This document shows, piece by piece, positions 50,763-64,000 of a stretch of DNA of 64,000 nt. Positions within the stretch are counted from its first letter, which is position 1. The number at the start of each line of letters is the position of its first letter. The notes under the pieces were generated by a model, which was not told where the DNA came from, ran no database searches, and worked only from the letters and a program-made list of their open reading frames with translations. The stretch is from Kondoa subrosea (lineage: Eukaryota): assembly GCA_039545335.1 (NCBI GenBank), contig BCIN01000001.1:1100604-1164603 (forward strand), in the 5' to 3' direction. A program made the translations under genes and the position numbers.

Positions 50763-52263
50763 TCAAGCGCTAGCTGCAATTGTAGGCGCAGAAGATGTTT
50801 TCAAAGCACCTGCTTGTTTGTCCGCTTGAGGTACTGGAGTTTGAGCCACAGCGAGCTTGTTGCGATTCATAGCTTCGGCGATGAACTCTGCACCAGTTAT
50901 GGCTTCATACTTCTTCTCTGGTCCCTGAATGATTGTTCCAGATCGTGCTTGATTGAAGAAAGCTATAGAATATCGAGGACCTTGAGGATCTTCAGGTCCT
51001 GGCAGACGAACTCGATGGAAGTTGCTCTATATGTAGTCTTAACACCAAGAAGCCTGACTCTAGTACAAAAGATAAGCTCACCTTTAGCTTGTCATCGGAC
51101 CATCTCATCAATTGGCTGCAAGAAATGTATATATCAGTCGCTGCAAGGTTGCTGCTGAGAGAAAGATAGAGCTTACTCGCCGATGTTGCATACGATATGA
51201 TCTTGTCGAGGTGTAACAGGGGTCCAAGTAGATCCGATAGCGAAATCTCCTACTGCTTCTCTTCCAGCACATACTTCAAGTCCACCTTCTCCAGCACGTT
51301 GTAACAATAATGTCAATACATCGAAGTCACAATGAGCTCCAGCTATAGAGTGATTAGTTAGCAAGGAAATTCAAAAAGAGCCTTTTTGACGACAGACCTC
51401 GCCAAAGTTTCTCTCGATCTGTAGGTATTGAAGCATCGATTGCGTGATAATGAAGAAGACGGAGAGTGGATTGACTATCGTCAACACCAGGATCGACAGT
51501 GCCTTCAGTGAAGATATCGTGAGGTAGCCCTAGTCCGTCGGCGAAGCATTCCATGACTTTGACAGATAGACTGTGAACAAGGCTTAGTGTTCATCCAATA
51601 CTTGAGAGAAGAATCAGCGCACTCTTGAATTTGTTTCATGAAGCGTTCTGCCTTTGCTCTGAAGCCGGGCAGATCTTCATCAGATGGCCAACAGCCTTCC
51701 ATTCTGGCAAATTGTAGCTAAGAAAAGAGCTTTAGTCATTGGAGACTAGAAGATATTGTTTGCCTTACTTGTATAGACTCCTTGCAGTCAGCTGTACCAG
51801 TAGAAGGTCTTATTTGAGAATTCTGAGTGTGCAGATTAAGTGCTGGTCTAGACAGTAAGAGCTCAGTCTGCCATACCTTCTCGAAACCCATGTTTTTCCC
51901 CTGTATCAACAAAAGCTGTATGAGGAGAGGATCGCAAGCGGGAGTATTGACCTACATTATGAGGCGTCTTTCTCTTGATCTCTTCGGGCAGGTCGAAGAA
52001 GCTCCGACTGAGTGCAAAGGCATTGTCTATATCTTCCTGAGGGATTCCATGATCACTCAGAGTGCTGCAAGAGAGTGAGCGAAGTGGACAGGAATTGACA
52101 AGGGAGACCATACAAGAAACCGACTGCGAGAAGCGAATGAGCTACAGCTCCGGAATAACAAGAAACGACACTCACTGCCAGTGGAAGCATCCATAAGCTC
52201 CTTAACGATTTCAGATCGACGCTGATCAAAATGTTTGAGTGAAATAACAGGAACGGAAGACAT
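50763..52263 (-). CDS. 2-oxoglutarate/Fe(II) dioxygenase (IPNS/DIOX_N type)
   Basis: VPVISL, GF....HGI, FF.LP.E.K, TLRLLHY, AGAHCDFD.LTLL.Q (HxD), IVCNIG, WSDD.L. Confidence 0.88.
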
Positions 52264-52461
52264 TGCAGAAGTAGGATGAGATGGTAGCAGGAAGAAGAAG
52301 AGAAAGCCAGAGATGAGGACGAGCCCAACAAGGCCAAAGATAAGCGACTCCGCCGACTCCGACATGCGCTTCCCGGTTCTGCATGCTTAGCCAAGATCAA
52401 TCCGATAAGAAAACTTTGTTTGCTTTCCGATGCTTCTTCGCTCTTCTTCGCTCGTAACGAC

Positions 52462-53565
52462 ATGTATATCTCGGTCTTTCTTGCTTCAATCGCTCTAGTA
52501 GCTGCAGCTCGAAATCCTATTCATCCTCAATTTCAAGCCGGATTGGCAATTAATGGAGTTCCAGCTCATAGACGTGACCATTGGATGCGAATAGCAAACG
52601 AAGCAATATATGATGGGAAAGGAGTGGAACATCCTTGTCCCCAAGCTCCTTTTGGGTCTGCGATAGTCAATACGACATCGGACGAGCTTGTTTGTGTGGC
52701 AGCTAACGCCGTTGGAAGCACTGGCGGTAAGTCATGAGCGAGAGATAAGTCATCCATGTGGAATTGAGCTTTGCGCGACAGATCCAACTCTTCATGGCGA
52801 AATTACAGCAATACGAAGTTGCGTCGAGGTTCTGACTAGAAAAGGTGTGTCTTCTTCTCTGATACAGCTTGACACATCTGACCATTTGCCGACCCATAAA
52901 CCAGGATTATCGCCTAGCGAGATTTTGGCTGCTTGGAAGAGTTTTTCGATATACACTAATGGTACGAAATCCGCTCGTTCTGTACTCGTCGACCAGCTGA
53001 CACGCGTCAACCGTTGCAGGAGAACCTTGTCCGATGTGGTACGGAGGATACTTGCGCAATCGGACACCGCTCATCGAAGTGGATATAGCATGAGCGCGAT
53101 CAGATGGGCTGGATTCAAGGAAGTCATCTACGGAACATCGATCTCTGAGATTGCAAGACTTGGCCGGTAAGTTCGAGCTTCTTCTGTCAGGCATTGCTAA
53201 TGAGAAGTGTAGCAACCAGATTTACATAGATAGTCATGAAATCCTGGAGAAGAGCTACAGCTTAGGTCATCAAACGTTGATGTACGTCACGTTCTTTCGC
53301 CTGAGTCATAGCTGGAGTTGAATTTTCCGCAATAGGCATGGCAATATCTTGACCAATGAAACCGACATTCTCTTCTCGCATCAATTCAATGAGTCAGCGC
53401 CTTGTCGTAAGTACAGCATAGCAGTCAGATCCCTGCTGATATTCTGCAATAGCTCTTGGATGCCAGCGTGGACTGCCAGAAGGCAAACGAGTCACAGAGT
53501 GCAGTCCAATGCCAGGCTGGCGTGAGATTGTCAACAAGGAAGCAAGGCGAAGAGACGAGCTCTGA
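52462..53565 (+). CDS. Cytidine/guanine deaminase-like zinc enzyme with signal peptide and C-terminal RDEL
   Basis: PFGSAIV, DPTLHGEITAI, EPCPM|CMSAIRWAGF. Begins MYISVFLASIALVAAA and ends ..EARRRDEL*. Confidence 0.82.
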
Positions 53566-54248
53566 ATCAAGTGCTGTCGGTCACAGACTACCTAAGGCGG
53601 GAGCCGGGCCAGCGATTGAATGACACATGCTTGTTTGCGAACAACAGCTGCGACACTGTTGGCGTAGGCGGTGGCGTGGGGGGTGCTTTGCAGCGAAACT
53701 TGTATTATTTTATCTCCTGCACCATTACATTACATTACATTACAGCGATGCAATTGTTGCCTGCCAGGCTTCTGTTGATTCTACCCTGCTTGACTCTCTC
53801 TACCTTCTAAGTAGACGAATATAGCGCTACAACACGCAACTCCGATTTATTGGGCCGATTCTTGCAGCTCTCCACAAAACTTTCCCCCGAATTAATGCTC
53901 CGTCTTCATATCGAATCAGCTATAATCGCAGGCCTCGGAGAATGCTGAAAGCTCTCGCTGGCATCCGAACGCTTTCGGAGCCGCGAACGCGTCACCTTGT
54001 TTCTTCTTACAATCTACACAATTTGCATACTTCGTTTGATTGGGCTGAGAAGTCCCGATGCCTGCCTGCGATGCCCTTATCTACTTGGCATGCATGAGAA
54101 ATGAAACTCCGGCGTGTCTCTCGCCTGAGTCCCCCTTTTACTCGCGACCAGGAGGAAACCGGGAAGCTGATAAGGGCTCTAATCGCTCAAGATCACGCTT
54201 TATCATCTCTTCTCTTGTCCCTACTATATCATATTCTCATATCTAAGT

Positions 54249-57069
54249 ATGGCTGCTTTTGAATCGGATGCGCAAACGCCTAGTGTTGAGAGCAAAGAGC
54301 AATTCGTGAGCCTACTTCCTTACCACCAGCAGCAATGAAACCTTAGCTGTCTGTAACAGTCCAATACTACTATCGCACCTGCACTCGACTCTCAGGATCT
54401 TGGTCATAAGCCTGAAAGACGTCGCTTCAGTCCAGCTCGCTTCCTCAAAAGTTTGGGCAGCAAAGATGCTTGGTTTGGGGACTTCGTGAGCAGATTCGGT
54501 TTCTCTAGGATGATCGCAAGCTCATTGATCACCTATAACAGAACTACACCGCCCTTTTTATGCCAAATCTGCCTTATATTACTAAACGTCGCGCCCTGCC
54601 TTTCTATGGCTTGAACGATCGTCTGCCATACTTCCTAGCTCTCATCCTTGGGCTTCAGCGTGAGCTCGCTTCATAATTTGTCTGACACGCTCTGACACTT
54701 TCTACTAAAAAAAGATGCTTTGGCTATGGTCGGTGGCATCAGTGAGCATGATTTCCCACCGATTTGTACTTCGCTAAGAGGTGCATTGAGTCACTCCGCC
54801 ATTACTTCTGGGTGGTCCAGCCGGAGCTGCACTAGGCAGAGAAGCGACTCAATACCTAGTATCTGCTTCGCTCATCTACTGTATGTCTTCAACAGCGCTA
54901 TGTCTGATTGTGATCGTTGGCTGATCATATTCGGTCTGTTCTTGTTCTCTATCACAGGTGGTCTTGGCACAGCCCTACAAGTATCGCGTATCAAGCTCAT
55001 CAAAGGCTATTATCTTGGAACCGGTGTAATTTCAGTTGTGTGGGTGTCTTTGAGCTATGAGAAAACGTAGACCTAAGTTCTCTTGATCTCAGTGGCACGT
55101 CATTTGCGTTCGTAAACGTTGGATTGGCTTATCTTGGCAAACAATATACGAGAGGCATCTGTCAAATGGATGCTGAGGGCAACAAATTACCCTGTCCAGA
55201 GTAAGTCTTTACTGGACTCTCTTGACTACAAGATTGACTGAAATCCTTTCGATAGAGCTTTTGGGGCTTTATTGGGAAGCGCTTGTGTGACTGGTCTATT
55301 TGCGATACTGTTGGCTTTCATCCCGCCAAAGACCATTCGACGGCTTTTCCCTCCTCTCATCACGTATGTCGAAAGCCTTTCTTGCGGCGAACTCATACTT
55401 ATACGTGTTACTGTCTAGCGGTACAATGATCACCTTGATTGGCGCTACTCTTGTTCGCAGCGGTATCACCAATTGGGCGGGTGGAAGTGGTCCTTGGTAA
55501 GTCAGAGCTTTACAAGCTTCACCCTCTCGCTTATGCCTCTTCCTCGTGATCGAATAGTGCATCTGATTTTACAATGGCATGTGTAAACGGCAAGACTTGG
55601 GGCTCTGCACCATTGATCGGTCTTGGCTTCAGCTGCTTCGCTGTCATCATCGCGTGTGAATTATTTGGATCTGCATTCATGAAGAGCGCTTCAGTATTTA
55701 TTGGCTTGCTCGTCGGCATGATAATCGCTGCGGCTACTGGCTACTTCAACAAAGCGACAATTGACGCTGCACCGTATGTACTCACTATACTGGGGTTGGC
55801 GTTAGCTGATCAGCGATGTGCAGAGGCGCTATCTTCTTATGGGTCCATCGATTCCCTCTCAGTATCCGTGGAGAACTAGTTCTACCAATGCTGGCAGCAT
55901 GGATAGTCATTGTAGCTGAAACGTAAGCTCCTTTCATTGCGCATCAATACACCAGACGTGCAAGCTAACACGTTTTGCAATGGTAGCGTTGGCAATGTTA
56001 CGGCCTCGTGCGATGTCTCGCGATTACCAATCACTGGTAGTCTGTTTGAATCTCGTGTGCAAGGAGGAATGCGTCAGTGGTCTATCTAGCCTATGATGGC
56101 TAGCATGCTCAATATTCTTACAGTGGCCGATGCTCTTTCTGCTTCTCTTGCTGGATTAGCCATGGTGCCTCCATTGACGACGTTCAGTCAGAACTCTGGG
56201 GTCATCGCATTGTTAGTAATCTAAGACTCAGCTGGTATTACTTCCTAACTCTTCCGCCTCTCGAATAGGACTCAAAACGCATCAATCACGGCCGGCTATC
56301 TATGTGCCTTTTTTCTGTTTGTCATGGGAATACTCTCAAGTGAGTTTCAGTCATGGCTTGCCGGCTTCCGAGTCTTTGCTTAAGTCTTGAGCAGAATTCA
56401 CTTCACTTTTCGTAGCGTAAGCCGCTTCTAGCACTGTCTTAATCGTACCTTAATTATCACACAGCGCTCCTTCTTCTGTCATTGGCGGCTTTACGGTGAG
56501 TAGACCACAGGAGGGGAACTTTCGAAGTATTCTTATCAAAACTTTCCAGACTTTCCTTTTCGCAAGCGTCGCCGTAGCCGGTATCAAAGTCCTTCAATAC
56601 GCAGAATGGAATAGAAGAACCCGCTTCATCGCTACAGTCGCGTATGGCCATAATCCGAGCATACGTTTCTTGACTGACTTTGACTTCCGCAGCTTCTCTT
56701 TCGGTCTGGCTTCTCTGACCGTGCCTGAGTGGTTCAGTCATTTCTTCACATATGATGGCACTAAGTGAGCTATGATTATTGCTCACTCTCAGCTATACTG
56801 ATGCAGTTCGTCAGCTCCGGTCTTTCTGGCCTGATACAAGCGTACGTCCAGAAATTTCGCTGATGCGCATCATGCTCATATTTCAATTCAGTCTTGAACT
56901 CGTTGTGGAAGAACCTTACCTTCTGTCAGCCCTTATCGCGATGTCGCTCAATGCAGCCCTTCCAGCCGATATGGAAGACAATACTTCGATGGACGCTACA
57001 AGTCCAGAAGATAGAGCAGCATGGAACAACCCTGGTGCGAGGAAAGCTGAAGCACAACTGGCGGCTTAA
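54249..57069 (+). CDS. Nucleobase-ascorbate transporter (NAT/NCS2; xanthine/uracil permease)
   Basis: LGLQ|HALAM, GTGVISV|.GTSFAF, RLFPP..T|G, signature TTFSQNSGVIAL|TQ.AS, SV.GG, RRTRFI. Confidence 0.9.
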
Positions 57070-57273
57070 ATTGGGTGTAATGGCTATTAAGTTTGGGTGT
57101 AGGCTTCAATGTAACAAGGCGATAGAGCTGTTGATTATACAAACATCTGCCATTCTCCTTGCAACCCAAGCTCTTGCAGCATTGCATGCGCAGATCCGGG
57201 ATCAGCCTGATTGAGTACATTATCTGGGTCGTAAATAAGGGGGACGTTGTGTTCAAGCGTCTCAAGATTTGGC

Positions 57274-59644
57274 CTATCGAGAAATGAGCGAATTCATATC
57301 TTGTAGTGGACTGACAGACATTCTGATTCGCTTGACTACATCACTCACCAGCTCCGAATCTGCTTTCCTCTTCGACTGGCCTTGAGGTCCGGTGTTCGTC
57401 TCAACCTCGTGAAGCAGCTCGTTCAATAGCTTGGCTCCTCTTCTCGCGACTGTCGAAGAGTCTGCTAAACAACGTATGATCGCCAAAACCTTTTGCAACT
57501 CGCTCAAGATTTGCTGATTTTCCGGGGTTTCGCTCTTGAGTATATGTAAAGCAAGGAAAGTTGAAGCAGCCACAGCATCTTCAAGGTACGTCAGCAGTTT
57601 CAACCAAGTCCGTAAGTGAAGTTCACGCACGATAAGGCAAAGTCCACAATGCAGCCATCTGACTTATGAAATCTTCACCCAGAATGAATTCTTGTAGCAA
57701 AGTACGGGCGGCTGTAACTGAAGCTTTTTGAGATGCAAGGATTTGACCTGCTGTTTCATGCGAGCCAGTATCTGTATTGAAGCGGGCCAAGAAACTTCGA
57801 TGTATGACAAGAAGTTTATGTTGAGATGTGACATGGATGTATTGACGTAAGACAGGATAAGATTGGTTGAAGGTCGGGGCGATGTTGCGAGACAGAGCTG
57901 CAGGCAGATCTTGTTCCAGCTGACGAAGCTTTAAGTCTGCTGATTGTACTGCGGCGCAAATGCTAAAACATAATCAAGCACGTTACAGATCTGGGAGTTA
58001 CATGCTTACTCTGAGACCGAAGAGGTAGGATCAAGAAGGCAACTAAAGTAGCTTTCTAAAAGACCTGATACTTTGGCGCTGAAACGGATTTTGCTGACGA
58101 GGTGCGTGAGTACAAAGAAAGTGAAGGGTAGTTGAATAGACGTACAAGCTTTCAGTGATGACATTCGTCGACTGTTCTTCTATCAGTCCCTTATCAAGAT
58201 CGTCGTCGAAGCAATTCAGTGGTATAGGTGTGTCAAATAAGCGAGAACTAATCGACCAAGTCTCTCTCAACGGGATTTGGAACCAGTCCTGCGACACTTG
58301 ACTCAGCTAATTCGCATTTTGCTGTGCATTAAGAACGCACCTGAGAGGTCAGACACCACCATACTCTCTTTCCGACTTCGAGCTGTATCAACTTTCGCCT
58401 AAAGTTTCGATCCTCATCAGGAGTGTTCGTTGTATTCCTAGATGGTATTGATTTGCCAAGTCGATGCAGGTTCAGAGATTGGGCAGACTTGATTGCGACC
58501 GCCAACAAAGAGCTGAGAAGACCAGATGGAACGGCATTGTGACCACAAACAGCGAGCATTGCTATTGTTTGAACCACCGGCATTGAAGGAACGCTCATGT
58601 AGTCTGCCACTTGCAAACATGCCATACTAGCCTCGAAGAGAGTCTTGGTCAAAGCGGCTTGCTGTAGAACTGCCACTCCAGACGCTGTGAGATCTGAGGG
58701 AGACATTTGCTGGATTGCGATAGAGGTAGTCGAGTAGAAAAGACCTAACCAAGCGGGATCAACGAAAGAGAGACGAGCTCGAACTTGCATTTGATCCATT
58801 ACTAGCAGGTTCACAAGATCCATTTGCTGTACAAAAGCATTGACTTCTCGCTTGAAAGTAGGAATATGGAAGCAGGCATGTTGCCAACAGACAGATTTAT
58901 AGGTGAATGCGAGCACAGCTTGTAGAAGTGGAAGGGGTAAAAGACTAGCGACCGCGATATCTGGGTAGCCAATTGCTATTGGCTTTTGCAGAATATTGGT
59001 TGGCATGTCTTCTGCATGCGAAGTGAAAGCTCCAGTTGATGTAACTGCTGGTGCATCCCTTCTGTCCAGACCGAGGGCAAGAAACTCCAGGGTAGTAGCA
59101 GCATCCTGTTCGATTGCTGATGGAGCCTGTTCCCTTTCTTTTCCCTTTCCGCCAGTTGCAATTTCGATTGGTTTGGGTGCAAAATACGAATTACTTTCGA
59201 GCGCTGTAACTCGGCTTGGCAATTTCTCCAGCTCGAAGATTCTTCTTCGTAGGACATCTCTGTTGCCAGCAGCGATAAGCATTAGCAGACAAGACTTGGG
59301 ACCTAGAGGTTGATAGTCTTACAGTTCCGCGAAGAGAGCTATACGAAAGTCCTCCGTCACATACGTCCCAGGTTGAGAGGGAAGTGGTAAAGATGGAACT
59401 AGAGTACTCGACGATGCCGCAGGTCCTGGTAATGCAATAGGTTCAGGATCGTCAACACTTCTACAGGCGTGACCCAGTTTCCGCTTGAGGCATTGATCAC
59501 ACGGTTTCTGTGACTCTTTTGTCAATATGAAGACAGCTTCATAGGCATTGCTTGACTCGCCTGACGATTACACCGAATCTTACTCCGGCTACAAGCAGCA
59601 CAAGACAGAGTAGGTCTTTGCGACTTGCGAGGGGGAACTTCCAT
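57274..59644 (-). CDS. Zn(II)2Cys6 transcription factor with fungal-specific middle homology region
   Basis: SCAACSRSKIRCNRQ|KPCDQCLKRKLGHAC, plus AIKSAQSLNLHR and GKRVWWCL..Q. The 3' end is approximate. Confidence 0.88.
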
Positions 59645-60532
59645 TGTTTGACTTAGGCTTGCGACTGGTATGTAGGCCTCTGAGAGGAGATGCGATTACT
59701 GCCACTCTTGAATGATTTCGTGAAGAAAATAATCGGACACCGGCGGAGTTGAGTCTCAGAGTCGTTCGAGCTTCAGCTTTATACAGTGATAGTATGGAGA
59801 GCAGCGCTTCACGTTGACAATAAGCCGGAGGCAGATGGATGTAGCAGGAAAAGTCGAACATGGGTTGACCCAAAACCGCGAGGAAACTATTCTATTGAAC
59901 GCTCATTACTCTCTTATTGATAAGATACTGCTTGTGCGCGGCTGCTGTCATTGGACTCTATCGTCCAATCGACCTGAAGTCGCTCAAGTCTGTTTGCCAT
60001 AGACCAGTTCTTGCCGCGCGCGAAACAAGTTTAGCCCGAGAGGCATTCTGTGAAGCTCGCAGTCTCCCTCCTTACTTCCCTCGTCTGCTCTTCCCTACAT
60101 AAACTTTCTTCTCCTACTTCTGATGTTTTGTTGACCTTTGAATGTTCTTTCGATACGCAAGCTTGACTCCTCCTTGCTTTGGCCGCGCTGCCGACGTCAT
60201 TTGTGATTCTCTTTCCATCCGTGTGGGTGGATGTGTATGTGTCGTAATTATCGGTACGAGGTTGAGCGCAAGATCTGCCAAGAGACTGGCGGAAGAGTAC
60301 TGATCTTGCCGAGATTCGCAGTATCGCTGTGCAGACAGTTTATGGCACGGCTCTACCTCAGCTGAAGATCGCAACAGGTATGTATACAGAGCTGAATTCA
60401 GCAATAGATGTTCTGCTCTGGCGAACTTCTCGGGGGATGATCAACGATAGTGAGGACTTCTGCTTTCTGCTACAGTCACGTATTCTATCACTCCAGTACA
60501 AATCTCGAATGTAGCAGCATTGAGACTGGATG

Positions 60533-61928
60533 CATGAGAGACCAAATCCTTCGACCACTTGACTTCAGTTGTTTCATTACCACCACTACAATCTCGCTTG
60601 ACAGAGCCTGAGACCCTGAAGATTCGCCTTGGACGTGATCTGTCCCGAGTGAGCTGTCAATATGAGCTCAACAGACACCGAGACGCCTCAAGTAAGCTGC
60701 AATCAACATTGTACTTTCGCATTATTGACAAACAGCAGAGCAAGGAAAGGACCAAGAAGCCTGTGATTGATAGTCTACCTGAAGAAGCAGACGAGCATGT
60801 CTTTGGCTTCCTGCGTAAATTTGTTCTGCTCTCGAAGATCTCTCGCATGACTTATGCATTCGGCAGACTATCTTCCGTTGGCTGTGGCTTGCGTGCCTCC
60901 TTTGGGTGCAATCTTAGGTGGTAGCGCTGCTGTATGGACAGATGCTATGCTACTTGTGAGTTTGTCCTGCCTTCATATAGCAGTTAGCTGATCTTGCGCT
61001 CAGCTTGTTGTCGGTTTCTATCTCTATCAATTGGTTAAAGTACCTTGGGCTTTGTATCACGTTTCTCGAGCTAAGAGAATCGCCTATGCTGGCACGCATG
61101 ACAATGCCATTTCCACACAAGCAGCAAGAGAGCTGCGGCGAACGGAATTGGCTGCTTTGGCATTAACGTTGTTTGCACCTTTTCTGGGATCTTACAGTGA
61201 GTGTCTGAACTCCAATCAATTCTTTTCTCAAGCTAAGGTGTTGGTGTCAAGTGCTTACTTGGCTGAAACCCGCTTTCTCTGATCCGGAACGATTCATCAC
61301 CGAACGCTCCATCCGTCTCTTCACTTTAGCAGCCGGAATCAAACCATGTATGCACGTTTATCAACTTCTGAGAAGTCGGACTATGGAATTACAAGATCAA
61401 ATTAATTTCCGACCGAAAGCTGTCGACAAGCTGAAAGCTCGAATTGAGAATTTGGAAAACGAAGTCAATCAGTTGCGTACTATGGTCGCATTCAAGGGAG
61501 ATGTTAGATTGCTACGAGATGCGGTGGATACGCCTTTGACTGAATTGTTTCGTCAAGTGAAGCGCTTTGATCGAAAGGGAGAATTCATCAGAAGCGGTTT
61601 AGAAGAGAGGTTGGAAGAGCTGGAAGGCCGATTAGATGCGAGTGTGACTTTATCAGAAGGTCTGGCTTTGCAATTGGACAACTTGAAGCGGCGACAAAGT
61701 CATTATCTCGTTCAACTTTTGGACGCTTTGCACAATCAGATCTTTGGCGACACTAATCGACATTGGTATTCTCCTGTCGTTCTTACCAGAGTTCTTCTTC
61801 TACCTGTTTCTGTCCCACTGCGGGTACTCAGTTTCGCTCAAAAACAAGTCCTTTCTGGTTCACCTGGTACTTCGGCTCGACATTTGAATGGTTCAACAAG
61901 ATTGGATAAGAGAGCTTTGTATTCGTGA
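60533..61928 (+). CDS. Hypothetical membrane protein with coiled coil (start uncertain)
   Basis: Spliced ORFs with TM segments (LVVGFYLYQLVKVPW, ELAALALTLFAPFLG) and heptad-rich C-terminal half. Confidence 0.55.
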
Positions 61929-62016
61929 TCATCTGCTCAAAGGGCACACAACATTCGATTTTGTAAATAGCACTTACTTACCTATGCATTTTCATTCGCA
62001 AACAAGCATCATTTGA

Positions 62017-63281
62017 ATGTCCAGTTTTCGCAAGCGAGCTACAGCTGCAAATGTCGCACCAGCTGGCTGTCGCGTTTCAGCTTACAATGGTCAAATCCTG
62101 CTGAGTCTTGGTGTTGCTTCTTTGGATGATTTGCTGGGAGGTGGTCTGCCTATCCATTCGTCTGCCATAGTTGAGGAAGACGTGAAATCATCTTATGCTC
62201 GACTGCTGCTCAAGTATTGGATAGCTCAAGGCTTGACTTCAAGTGATCAGCAAAATGTCATAGTCATTGGATCGTCTCTGGATGGTATGGGTGGACCTCA
62301 AGAGACTGTAGAAAGTCTCATGGCAAAAGATTCTGTCACTGCTTCGGTTCCTGTGCCAAAGAAACCTGCAGAAGATGATAAAATGCGTATTGCTTTCCGG
62401 TATCAAGATCTCGCTTTGCATCAGTCTACAGTCAATGATCCGTCAACTACTCAGGGAGAAGATGAATATTGCTCGACGTATGATTTGACGAAGAAAATGA
62501 GCTTGAGCGAGAAAGATCGAAATAGATTGCATTTGTTGGATATTTCTTCGGATGGTGTTATGCCTATGTCTTATGTTACAATACTGGGAGAATTGGAAGA
62601 GCTGCTGAAGAAGTACGCTTCGCGGGATCAGTCAGTCAACCCAAAGTGTGATTGGGTTTTGGCTGAACTTAATACAGATCTTCAAGTTCCACAACACCTG
62701 CAGTACCAGTACGAATAGCAATCCAGTCGTTAGGATCATCTCTTTGGCCAGTAGCAGACAAACATGTCAGTCTCGAATTTCTTCCTTTTATCGCTCACTG
62801 GCTGATTTCCAGTCAGTCCCTCTTCAATTTCTTCTTCACTCTGCGAAATCTTCTCAAACGCTACAACGCCTCGACAATGACAACTCTACCACTCATTTCT
62901 GACATCCATCTTCGCTCACGTTTGAATTCCGCAGTCGATGCTTCTATCCTTATTCAATCCTTTGCAGACTCTCCGCATCAAGCAGCTATCTTCCCACGAT
63001 ATCAAGGTTTGATCGACGTACCTCTTTTACCAACACCTTGTTCTCTCGTTCCAGCTTCAGTCAAAATGTCCGTTCTGAGAGGATTGGCAGCTGGATCTGC
63101 TTCTTCGGCTGGAGCAGGCGGGATGAACAACAATTTAGCTTTCAGGTTGAAGAGGAAACGATTGGTCATTGAAACGCTGCATTTGGATAGTGGGGAGGAA
63201 GAACCGGTTAAGAGTAGTGCAAAGGAGAAAGAGAAGAAGGTGATACCGGATGCGGTAAAGGGGATGACGGAGGAGTGGTAA
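62017..63281 (+). CDS. ELP4: Elongator complex subunit 4
   Basis: MSSFRKR, S.GVASLDDLLGGGLP, EED..S.YA.LLLKY..AQG, KMRIAFRY, NNLAFRLKRKRLVIETLHLD. Confidence 0.92.
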
Positions 63282-64000
63282 TACAAGCGGTCAGAGAAAG
63301 CAACCATTCAAGCATATGAGTCGACTTTGGCGGCACTTTCGAATTTATGAGCTCGTCAACGCAAGCGAGGAATATCAAAAGGTAGAGTATCGTTTGTGAG
63401 CTCAAGGTCCTTACGAGCTGGACATTAGCTTATCTTCTGCTTACAGCTGACAGCCATAAGCGCGTCAAGCAACAAAGTTCAGCTGTTCAGCTGTAATTTT
63501 CAGACTAGACGACGAGGGAACTAGCGAGTTGCTTTGATTAAGTACAGTAGCTATTCTTGTATGCCGTGAGAGAAGCGAGAAGGATCAAGGAGATAGATCA
63601 CCTGACCAAGAGCCATATTTTGTAGCATTCACCTCAAGTCACGATTTCGAGTCGCAAGCTTTAATGTCAACCTCATCCTCAGCAACCAAAGCCCCTCTAC
63701 AGGCGTATACCCACACTCGTGTATTCCACTCTTCTCTATCTCTCTAGCTTGCTCAATTACAATTACAATGGACAGCGCAAGCTCTTCATCAACTGCGAGT
63801 TCTCGTCTTTCATTTCGAAACGATGCTTCGAGCTGAAGCTTGCCTGTTACTGCCCACTACAGGGCTTTGATTTCTCCAACGTGCTGCGTAACGCACACAT
63901 TCAAAACGCTGCCTCGAAGTCCCATGCTCGTCTACCGAAGGCTACATCTACGTATGTCGAGCTCCTCTTCTTGCTCGCCTGTTCAACTCAAAAGATTTCC

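Noticed and set aside
53723..53744. (CATTA)4 microsatellite; also (TGC)5 near 16633
   Set aside because: Ordinary short tandem repeats.

Overview
Intron-rich, gene-dense fungal nuclear DNA. The short introns and gene set suggest a basidiomycete yeast, probably Pucciniomycotina (inference). About 27 spliced protein genes are visible, including BUB1, DHFR, WSS1, a Hst3/4-type sirtuin, Lon/PIM1, a YTH protein, an AA5 copper radical oxidase, an ING protein, ornithine decarboxylase, NOG1 and ELP4. Exon boundaries were read by eye, so gene ends are approximate. The most unusual item is a non-coding element of about 1.3-1.8 kb present in three copies: tandem copies at 14.4-15.6 kb and 15.7-17.5 kb, and an inverted copy at 44.4-46.2 kb. 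It carries ~150-nt structured units with two near-invariant motifs and a long stem whose sequence changes between units while pairing is kept. It also has a 128-nt near-identical core, and one copy has captured the 3' end of NOG1. Also notable are a candidate non-AUG polyamine-type uORF upstream of ODC, a putative nucleobase-utilisation cluster that includes a deaminase with a signal peptide and RDEL, and an integrase-zinc-finger gene with an internal TAG. There is one assembly gap (14593-15442).
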